This document shows positions 55,470-63,003 of a stretch of 64,000 bases of DNA, piece by piece. Under the pieces are notes generated by a model. The model saw nothing but the letters and a program-made list of their open reading frames with translations. It did no database searches and was not told the origin of the DNA. The position numbers were made by a program, and so were the translations under genes. Position 1 is the first letter of the stretch. Each line of letters opens with the position of its first letter. The DNA is taken from sequence record OQ603353.1, one strand, 5' to 3'.

Positions 55470-56401
55470 CTCTCGACCTGACCTACCCCAAGTGGTTCGC
55501 TCCCATTGAGGAGCAGATTCGTCACGAACGTGACACCTTCCGATACGATCAATGCGTGGCCGTTCGCAGCCCCTTCGGCGAATACGAGCGCGGCCTCGCC
55601 AGCATCTTCGGGCACGGCGATCCTGTTCCTGACCGTACTGGCACCGGCACCCTGTCGCAGTTCTGCCATCAGATGCGATTCAACATGCACCCGCATACGG
55701 TGCTCGATAGCAGCAGTCCTTACTTCGGACAGAGCCTGCCGGTGTACCCGCTGGTCACCACGAAGAAGGTGCACTTCAAATCGGTGTTCCACGAACTGAT
55801 TTGGATGCTCAAGGGCCTGACCAACATCAAGTACCTGACCGACAACAAGATCACGATTTGGGACGAGTGGGCAGATGAGAATGGCGACCTCGGCCCCGTG
55901 TACGGTAAGCAGTGGCGCGACTTTGCAGGCGTGGATCAGATCACGGAAGTACTGGCGGAAATGAAGCGCAACCCGTACAGCCGCCGTTTGGTCATCAGCG
56001 CGTGGAATCCGCAGGACTTGCCGGAAATGAAGTTGCAGCCGTGCCACATCCTGTTCCAGTTCATCGTGCGCAACGGTCGAATGAACTGCCACTTCTTCAT
56101 GAGGTCGAATGACGCCTTCCTTGGAACGCCCTTCAACATCGCACAGTATGCGATGTTGAATGCGCTGGTCGCCAAGACTGTCGGTGTGCAGCCGGGCGAG
56201 CTTGTGTTGTCGGTAACTGACTTCCACCTGTACTCGAACCATCTGTCTCTGGCCAAGATGCAGCTGACCCGAGAACCGTACCCATATCCCTTCATCAACA
56301 TCAAGACCGCTCGGGACAACCTGTGGGATTACAAGTTTGATGACGTGGAAATCATCGGCTACAAGTCGCACCCTGCAATCAAGGCGGACGTTGCGGTATG
56401 A
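55466..56401 (+). CDS. thyA: Thymidylate synthase
   Basis: DRTGTGT, PLVTTKK, ELIW, LGPVYGKQWR, SRR, LQPCH, RSND.FLG.PFN, HLYSNH. Confidence 0.95.
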   Translation: MTLDLTYPKWFAPIEEQIRHERDTFRYDQCVAVRSPFGEYERGLASIFGHGDPVPDRTGTGTLSQFCHQMRFNMHPHTVLDSSSPYFGQSLPVYPLVTTKKVHFKSVFHELIWMLKGLTNIKYLTDNKITIWDEWADENGDLGPVYGKQWRDFAGVDQITEVLAEMKRNPYSRRLVISAWNPQDLPEMKLQPCHILFQFIVRNGRMNCHFFMRSNDAFLGTPFNIAQYAMLNALVAKTVGVQPGELVLSVTDFHLYSNHLSLAKMQLTREPYPYPFINIKTARDNLWDYKFDDVEIIGYKSHPAIKADVAV

Positions 56402-56712
56402 CGGCAGTTCTCACTGAACTGGACACCCGACTGGCTGAGGCAGGAATCACCCTGTCTCAGTTCGCACAGCGCATTGGCATTCCCGAGCAGGCTATCCATG
56501 CCAACATCGGGAAGGGCTGGTGCATGATTGACCCCTTGATGGCCGCTGCCTTCGCCCGATATTGGGGAACCACCCCTGACTTCTGGCTCGGTATCAGTCA
56601 TCAGCAGAACGTAGAGCGTGCTCGGGAAATCCTCCCGAGGATGACCTTCCCTGACCACACAACTTTGTTGAACGGGCCGCCATGCGATTTCGTAGACATC
56701 AAGATCGGTTAA
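56398..56712 (+). CDS. XRE-family HTH protein resembling HigA antitoxin
   Basis: GITLSQFAQRIGI...GK...I...MA..FARYWGTTPDFWL pattern; no toxin gene adjacent. Confidence 0.65.
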   Translation: MTAVLTELDTRLAEAGITLSQFAQRIGIPEQAIHANIGKGWCMIDPLMAAAFARYWGTTPDFWLGISHQQNVERAREILPRMTFPDHTTLLNGPPCDFVDIKIG

Positions 56713-57044
56713 CTGCGGAAGTCCCTTGTCCAACCACCCACGATGGATTCGCCCGTGTATTCAGCGAGTTCATGCACGAAAGCCTCAAACATTACCTTCG
56801 GGAAGTCGCATTTCCTGCCGCCAATTTCAGTATGCGCAACCGTGTGTTTGCCAACGAGCATGACGCCCTTGGCAACTCCGCGAATCTACAACGAACATTG
56901 ATTCAGACAGTGACCTACGAGTGCCAATCCCTATCGGCCTCAACAGTCATCTACGAATTGGTCCTTATCCCCACTGGCAAGAAAGCGGGATGGAAAGGAT
57001 GGTTGTATGATCGCACCCATAAAGGAGAAACGGTAGCCGCATAA
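56682..57044 (+). CDS. Hypothetical protein (start uncertain, possibly 56772)
   Basis: Fills the gap between the HTH and nuclease genes. Confidence 0.45.
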   Translation: MRFRRHQDRLTAEVPCPTTHDGFARVFSEFMHESLKHYLREVAFPAANFSMRNRVFANEHDALGNSANLQRTLIQTVTYECQSLSASTVIYELVLIPTGKKAGWKGWLYDRTHKGETVAA

Positions 57045-57078
57045 CTCCAGACAGGATTGTCGCTAACCGGTACCCATA

Positions 57079-58074
57079 ATGAAAAAATTCACCGCACCTC
57101 CTGACAATACTTGGGTGCAGCGACAGTTGTTCTCTTGGTGGAAGGAAGCAATCGACCACGGTGGCATGGACCCCGTGGATCAATCACGTAACGAATTCCT
57201 GCGACCTTCCGCCCTCCCTTTCTGTCCCCTCAAAGTCGGCTACAATCGTGTGGTCAATGGCGTGGAGACAGAGCGCTACTCCAGCTTCAACGAAAGCTTC
57301 TACACCTCCATCGGTACAGCGGTTCACGAACTCTTGCAGAACTTCGTGGGCCGCTTGGCCGTTTCCAAAGGCGTAGAACTCAAGGTCGAGACACTCGGCC
57401 ATTGGCACTGCAAGGCATGTGGGCGGAAGCGTAGATTTACCATCTACAAGCCATGCAAGTGCGGAGGCACGCCCGAGTACGAGGAAATTTCTATCCACTG
57501 GCGTACCACCGTTGGCCACATCGACAAGGTGATCCGGGTGGGCAACTGCCTCTTCATTCTTGACTACAAGACCACGGGCTCTATGGCGATTCGCAAGCAT
57601 CGCGCTGGCGCTCCTGCGGGCGAACCTTACTTTCCATATCCAGCCAACCGTGCGCAGATCATGCGTTACGTCGGTCTGTTTGAGAAAGTGTTCGCCAAGG
57701 AGTTTGAACCCGGAGGCCGCTTCGAGGGCACCGTAGTCATGGGCGCAATCTTGGCTTACGTGAGCCGCGAAACTGTCCGTGACGTGGCGTTCGTGTATCT
57801 GCCCGCTACGCGCAAGCGCAAGAAGAAGGAATATCGGAAGGCAGTGCGGGATGACGCCCTGTTTGTCACGATGAAGGAAGCGGTAGCCAAGCGTTCCAAG
57901 AAACTCTTCATTGAGTTGATCGAGGAAAAGCCCTGCGCTGATCGGGATGACTACGATCAGAAGATGCACAGCAGATACGATGAGTGCCCGTTAGTCAACG
58001 TATGCTTTAGACGCCGACAATTACTCAAACAAATCGACAAGGCCCTAAAGGGTCAGATCAAACCCAAGGACTAA
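57079..58074 (+). CDS. Cas4-like PD-(D/E)XK exonuclease
   Basis: RPSALPFCP, GTAVH, GHID, ILDYKT, Q..RY, and C-terminal C...C....C, an Fe-S-like arrangement. Confidence 0.75.
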   Translation: MKKFTAPPDNTWVQRQLFSWWKEAIDHGGMDPVDQSRNEFLRPSALPFCPLKVGYNRVVNGVETERYSSFNESFYTSIGTAVHELLQNFVGRLAVSKGVELKVETLGHWHCKACGRKRRFTIYKPCKCGGTPEYEEISIHWRTTVGHIDKVIRVGNCLFILDYKTTGSMAIRKHRAGAPAGEPYFPYPANRAQIMRYVGLFEKVFAKEFEPGGRFEGTVVMGAILAYVSRETVRDVAFVYLPATRKRKKKEYRKAVRDDALFVTMKEAVAKRSKKLFIELIEEKPCADRDDYDQKMHSRYDECPLVNVCFRRRQLLKQIDKALKGQIKPKD

Positions 58075-58076
58075 CA

Positions 58077-58664
58077 GTGACTAATCCCATCCGCATCGCA
58101 CTCTGCGGCTTGCCGCACTCGGGCAAGGATACCAGCGCAGATATTCTCGTTGATCGCTTCGACTTTGTACGCCTTCGGTTCGCTACTCCAGTCAAGATGG
58201 CTGCCGCAGAAATGTTCGGATGGGATGCTAACGATGAGGAGGACAAGGACAGTCCTCTGATCCGTAACATCGCAGGGGACTACCTGAGCAAGCGCGACAT
58301 TTGGCGCGATATGGCGGAGAACTACATCAAGCCACGTTTCGGGCAGGACTTCTTTGCGCGCGCCCTGACTAAGGAAGCATCGGTCCACTATCACTCTGAC
58401 AACATTGTAGTGACGGACCTGCGCTTCCCCATCGAGGCTATGGTGTTGCGACGTGCTGGCTTTACCGTCATCGAAGTGCAGCGCGAAGACCAGCCCATTG
58501 TGGACGGCCTCCACAATCATCGGGTCGAAATCCAAGACCTTAGCAACTACATCGACTACCAAATTTCCGCACCCTCGGGCTTGCCTCTGGAGAACCTCCA
58601 AGACAAGCTGGGGCAGGCGTTGCAGGGAATCCTCGTAAAGATCAATCCTGTAAATAAACGCTGA
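58077..58664 (+). CDS. Deoxynucleoside monophosphate kinase
   Basis: IALCGLPHSGKDT, FATPVK, VVTDLRFPIE. Confidence 0.85.
   Translation: MTNPIRIALCGLPHSGKDTSADILVDRFDFVRLRFATPVKMAAAEMFGWDANDEEDKDSPLIRNIAGDYLSKRDIWRDMAENYIKPRFGQDFFARALTKEASVHYHSDNIVVTDLRFPIEAMVLRRAGFTVIEVQREDQPIVDGLHNHRVEIQDLSNYIDYQISAPSGLPLENLQDKLGQALQGILVKINPVNKR
58646..58656 (+). promoter_or_regulatory. Candidate middle promoter TCCTGTAAATA
   Basis: Exact third copy, inside the 3' end of the kinase gene, 47 nt before the next start. Confidence 0.55.
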
Positions 58665-58692
58665 GTATTGAAACGTCCCGCTGGAGACATTT

Positions 58693-59637
58693 GTGCATCA
58701 AGGTGATTTTCTGATTATCAAAAACGGGCGCAAAAATGCGCTCGTCAAGATCGTCTCTATCCCGAATGAAGGCGAGTTGGTCGTCCGTCGAGAAGAGAGC
58801 AAGGTTGAAGGTCGTCGGATCACAGAAACGGTGTCCACTGAATCTGTAATTCTCAACCTCGGTCAAAACCCACAGCCGGGATTAGTGTACGGCTGCAAGA
58901 TCGAACCCTACGTTAGCTCCGCCGAGATTGACGGATGGGGCCATATCCATTACTACCGCGACCTAGAGCGTGACGAAAAGAAGACGATCAAACGGGCAGC
59001 TGCGAAGTCGTGGAAGCACCTAAAGAAGTTGGGATTGGTTGCGTTCGCACCCCTGACCATTGAAGTGCGATTGGCGAAGGGTAGCGAAATCGGCTACTAC
59101 AAGATTCACAAGGCACAGGAAACTGACGTGCTGTGCCTCAAGCCCCGTGAGTTCCACTACGATGAACTGGTCCGTCTGTTCTACCATGAGGCAGGCCACG
59201 GCATCCTTGATCGCATGATGCCTGTCGAGTATCGCGCTCGCTGGATCAAGGCGTACACCCACTACACCACGTTGAGCAAATTGGACCCTGACGAAATCCG
59301 TGCCATTCGGGCGCTGGTGGAAGGGACAGGATCGCTCAATGGTGTTGACGGTGTGGACCCTGAGAAGCTCGACCTCTGCATCGACTCGATTCATTCCAAC
59401 TACGGCCTCAAGAAGCGTGACATTGAGGAACTGCTGGAACAGGGATACACACTTGAGGATTACTGGCCGACGCACCCGCTGGACCTAGCGGACAACGAAG
59501 TGCCCCTCACTGATTACGCCAACAAGAACTGGAACGAATTCTTCTGCGAAGCTCTGGCGATGCACATGACGGGCATCCAACTTCCCAAGCGCATTCGGAC
59601 CCTCCTACTCAAAACCATTGAAGCTACCAAGGAGTAA
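58693..59637 (+). CDS. Zincin-type metallopeptidase domain protein
   Basis: FYHEAGHG (HExxH) and distal YANKNWNEFFCE. Confidence 0.65.
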   Translation: MHQGDFLIIKNGRKNALVKIVSIPNEGELVVRREESKVEGRRITETVSTESVILNLGQNPQPGLVYGCKIEPYVSSAEIDGWGHIHYYRDLERDEKKTIKRAAAKSWKHLKKLGLVAFAPLTIEVRLAKGSEIGYYKIHKAQETDVLCLKPREFHYDELVRLFYHEAGHGILDRMMPVEYRARWIKAYTHYTTLSKLDPDEIRAIRALVEGTGSLNGVDGVDPEKLDLCIDSIHSNYGLKKRDIEELLEQGYTLEDYWPTHPLDLADNEVPLTDYANKNWNEFFCEALAMHMTGIQLPKRIRTLLLKTIEATKE

Positions 59638-59641
59638 CGCC

Positions 59642-59857
59642 ATGACCGGGCATCAGTCAAAGCCTGTCGCAACTGCGCTGGACGTGCACCACACTGTCAA
59701 CGCCAAGCTGACCACCACTGCGGAACCGGGTACCATTATTTGGAGTCCGAGGGAAGTCACCCTGAGCCCTACGTTACAGCGTCAGATGGACAACGCCATT
59801 GTGCGCTATCATCAGCTTCCTGAGTGGTACCGACAGGCCGCTGAGAAGAAGGATTGA
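59642..59857 (+). CDS. Small hypothetical protein
   Basis: AAGGAG SD before ATG 59642. Confidence 0.55.
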   Translation: MTGHQSKPVATALDVHHTVNAKLTTTAEPGTIIWSPREVTLSPTLQRQMDNAIVRYHQLPEWYRQAAEKKD

Positions 59858-59859
59858 GA

Positions 59860-61566
59860 ATGAGCAAGAAGAAAACGGGAGGGGCACCGTGGGGAGGGTG
59901 GACTCCCGCCTCTGACTTCCGAAGCGGAGCCAGCTACAACTTTGTTCCTGCGGCAAGTGAGTATTCAAAGCGCGGAGGCGTGCATATCTATGTGCGCTAT
60001 GGTCGAGGTCCGAGCCACGTAACTGTGGTGGATCATGATAGCGACTTCATGCGTATCAAGTGTCCTGACCGGGAACTGCTGATCGTAGCCAATGGTCAGC
60101 GTGCCCATATCTACCGGCCCATGCAGGGCACCTACGACGAGTTCTACAACTTCTCGCCGTTCTGGGAACATTCGTCCGCCGACCTTGAATATGGTTGCGT
60201 GATGACGAACTACACCAGCTACATCGGTAAGGAGAAACGCTCTTCGGGCATCCGTCGCAAGGACTTCCGCTACGGGATCGACCAGCATACCAAGATCATC
60301 GCAGACTCCGGTGGCTTCCAGTTGGTCAAGGGTACGGTGGACTACATCGACCCGAAGGAACTGGTCACGTGGTACAACGACAATGTGGATTGGGGCATGG
60401 TGCTGGATACGCCACTGGCGTCCAACGGCCTTGAAATCTACACTCGGTCCGCCAAGGTGCAGGCTGAGAACACACGCATCATGATGGACAACAAGCGGCC
60501 GGGTCTGGAACTGCTGAACATCATCCACGGTGCGGTCGGCAAGGAAATGGACACCTTCCGCAAGATCGTTGAACGCCCTGACATTGATCGCCTTGCAGTC
60601 GGTGGTATCTACTTCGGTTCCATCCTGTCGAGTATCGACCGCCTGTGCGCCATCATGACAGGTGGGCAGCGATACAAGCACTATCACGCGCTGGGTATCG
60701 CCAACATCACGCAGACGATTCCCTTGATGCGTTTGAGTGGTAGCGACATTGCGCCCCTCATCACCTCGGATAGTAGCTCGCACCTACAGGCAGCTAACGG
60801 GCGTAAGTATTACAAGCCCAACGGCACCGAAGCGCTCCCGGAAGTGCTGTTCTATGCTGACGCAGGTGGCTATCATCCGGGCGGCAATCAGCTGCTCAAC
60901 TGCACGTGCCCCATCTGCTCAGTAGTGAAGTACACCGACGTTCTAAGCATGGTCAACAGCAACACGATCACGCTGCTGCTGGTGTACCACAATCTGTTCT
61001 CGATCCAAATGTTCCAGAAGTCCCTGTACGATCGGGTGGCGGGTGTGCCTGTCGGCGAAGCAAAGGATGCTTTGCGCACCTTGTTCGGTAACTCCAAGGC
61101 CAAGCGCAAGCAGCTGCAAGAGTTCTTCCACACGTTGGACTTTGTTGATATGGTCAAGACCTCGGGCTTGGCTGATGCGCGAAAGGAATTCGCGTTCTAC
61201 TTGCCGAAGACGGACAGTGACACAGGTGCTACCAAGACTCTGTTCTCGGGCATCGAAATGGAAGAGACGGCTGATCCCACCCGAGACTTGGCGATCCTCA
61301 AGAAGTATGAAGACGCCCAGGCTGGTAGGCTCAAGTTGTCCTCTACCCCTGAACGCAAGCCTGCCCCACCGAAGAAAAAGAAGGTGAAGCTGGAAGCTGA
61401 GGAAGGCGCGGCTCCTGAGCCCGAGGTTGTCGAACCTGTCAAGTTGGACAAGGCAGGCCGCAAGAAGAAGAACATCGCCAGCGCGACCAAGATCGGTAAC
61501 AAGGCGATGGGTGTGACTCGAAGCAAACGCCCCGGTAAGCAGAAGGTCAAGAAGAAAAAGAAGTGA
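59860..61566 (+). CDS. tRNA/DNA-guanine transglycosylase-fold protein (aTGT/DpdA-like)
   Basis: ADSGGFQ, MVLD, IHG, AVGG, HALG, SDSSS, and Zn site CTCPIC...HN. Confidence 0.8.
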   Translation: MSKKKTGGAPWGGWTPASDFRSGASYNFVPAASEYSKRGGVHIYVRYGRGPSHVTVVDHDSDFMRIKCPDRELLIVANGQRAHIYRPMQGTYDEFYNFSPFWEHSSADLEYGCVMTNYTSYIGKEKRSSGIRRKDFRYGIDQHTKIIADSGGFQLVKGTVDYIDPKELVTWYNDNVDWGMVLDTPLASNGLEIYTRSAKVQAENTRIMMDNKRPGLELLNIIHGAVGKEMDTFRKIVERPDIDRLAVGGIYFGSILSSIDRLCAIMTGGQRYKHYHALGIANITQTIPLMRLSGSDIAPLITSDSSSHLQAANGRKYYKPNGTEALPEVLFYADAGGYHPGGNQLLNCTCPICSVVKYTDVLSMVNSNTITLLLVYHNLFSIQMFQKSLYDRVAGVPVGEAKDALRTLFGNSKAKRKQLQEFFHTLDFVDMVKTSGLADARKEFAFYLPKTDSDTGATKTLFSGIEMEETADPTRDLAILKKYEDAQAGRLKLSSTPERKPAPPKKKKVKLEAEEGAAPEPEVVEPVKLDKAGRKKKNIASATKIGNKAMGVTRSKRPGKQKVKKKKK

Positions 61567-61967
61567 AGACCATCACAGACTTGATGGCGCTTTGCCCGAA
61601 GGTTCAGTACGAGAAGGCACGAGAGACTCGCATCTTGAATGCCAGCGCCGGACTGAGCCGTTCGGGCCTTCGCACCATCAGAGCCGTAGTACAGCGCGTC
61701 AGCGACAAGGGCGCGCATGACAAGCATCGGGTAGAGATTCAGTGCGTAGAGCCTGACACTCTACTCGGTGAGGGCTACGTAAAGGTGTGGTGTGACTGCG
61801 GATTCCAAGTCTTCTACGGACAGGAAGTGCTGCTGACTAAGCAGGGTGCCAGTAGCATTCGGTACTCTGACGGCAGCATGCCTAACATTCGCAATCCGGG
61901 CGGAGTCATGATGCTCTGCCACCACACTCTGCGCATCGCCTTAGCAATACGATCCAAGAAGCTATGA
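61563..61967 (+). CDS. SWIM-like zinc-finger protein
   Basis: VWCDCGF...P..RNP.....LCHH. Confidence 0.6.
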   Translation: MKTITDLMALCPKVQYEKARETRILNASAGLSRSGLRTIRAVVQRVSDKGAHDKHRVEIQCVEPDTLLGEGYVKVWCDCGFQVFYGQEVLLTKQGASSIRYSDGSMPNIRNPGGVMMLCHHTLRIALAIRSKKL

Positions 61968-62980
61968 GTCGCAACTCTGCATCTATCCAAGCTACAAAGA
62001 CAGTCAAGGAAACGATGCAGGGACGCTGGAATGATAGTCAGATGATGACTGCATTGGACCAGCTTCTCATGCTGGCCGTGGAGCCTATCATCAGGCACAC
62101 GGAGTTCTTTGATAGAAACATGCCAGCGATGCTTTGCTGGTACGCAACAAACACAGGACGCAAGATTAGTTCGGTTGACAAGCCCAAGGTTCTGCACCTC
62201 ATGAACCTGTACTTGTTGGCCGACAAGGCTCAGGATAAGGTGCGCTTGGTGCGCCGAATGAAGCTGGAGAGAAACATCCTCTTCTTCATCATCAAGCGCT
62301 TCTGCACGTTGGCCAAGGACTATCCGAAATTGGAGGTGCTTTACGCTCAGAAGCGCCTGCCGTCGCGTCGGATAGCTATGGAGAGAATTGAGCAGCTAGT
62401 CGGTGCGGGTAAGAACCTAGGTCGCGTGCTTCAACGCGTCAAGTCATGGGAAACCGAAGCTACCAAATTCAGGAATCAGATTCTTGAACGGTTCATGCGG
62501 CACGCCATGATGCAAGCGGTGAAGTTCAACCGGGAGAATCCACGCACTGACCTTGAAGACGTAACGCAAAACTTTGTGCTGGCGGTGAACAAAGCGGTGA
62601 ACAAGATGAACCCCGATAAGGGAACGCTCGCTCCTTATACTCAGAACTGGATCACGAATGCCAAGCATTCGCCTACACAGTCTCATGAGTACGGGATCGC
62701 ATACTCCCTGTCTCCGCATGCAAAGCGGGCTGTGGCTAGGGGCGATCTACAACTGGTGAATATTTCTTCGGACTTTGAGACTGAGGAAGTGTTCAACCAA
62801 CCGGATAGCACAGATGAGTTTGAGAAACTCACCGAGGAAGATCGGGCACAGCGGGTACGCCTGCTGGCAAAGATTGCTGACCCGGATGGTTTTGCGCGCC
62901 AAGAGTTGGGCATTGAGGAACTGCTGCTTCCGCATGAAGTGGTACGCATCGACGCCAAACGACATTCTTGTAAACAATAA
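61964..62980 (+). CDS. Phage RNA polymerase sigma factor (sigma70-like region 2)
   Basis: DLEDVTQNFVLAVNKAVNKMNPDKG.LAPYTQNWI matches the region-2 pattern DLIQEG.IGL.KAV.KFD..RG..FSTYA.WWI. Confidence 0.75.
   Translation: MSRNSASIQATKTVKETMQGRWNDSQMMTALDQLLMLAVEPIIRHTEFFDRNMPAMLCWYATNTGRKISSVDKPKVLHLMNLYLLADKAQDKVRLVRRMKLERNILFFIIKRFCTLAKDYPKLEVLYAQKRLPSRRIAMERIEQLVGAGKNLGRVLQRVKSWETEATKFRNQILERFMRHAMMQAVKFNRENPRTDLEDVTQNFVLAVNKAVNKMNPDKGTLAPYTQNWITNAKHSPTQSHEYGIAYSLSPHAKRAVARGDLQLVNISSDFETEEVFNQPDSTDEFEKLTEEDRAQRVRLLAKIADPDGFARQELGIEELLLPHEVVRIDAKRHSCKQ
62965..62976 (+). promoter_or_regulatory. Variant middle promoter TTCTTGTAAACA
   Basis: 39 nt before the SSB start; similar to the TCCTGTAAA[T/C] family. 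Confidence 0.4.
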
Positions 62981-63003
62981 GTGATTCAACAGGAGACCCA
63001 ACT

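Noticed and set aside
55466-56401. Pyrimidine hypermodification enzyme (dCMP/dUMP hydroxymethylase)
   Set aside because: It keeps canonical ThyA motifs, including the dUMP-specifying Asn in PFN, and sits in a genome with DHFR.
57079-58074. CRISPR-Cas system
   Set aside because: No repeat-spacer array or other cas genes anywhere in the window.
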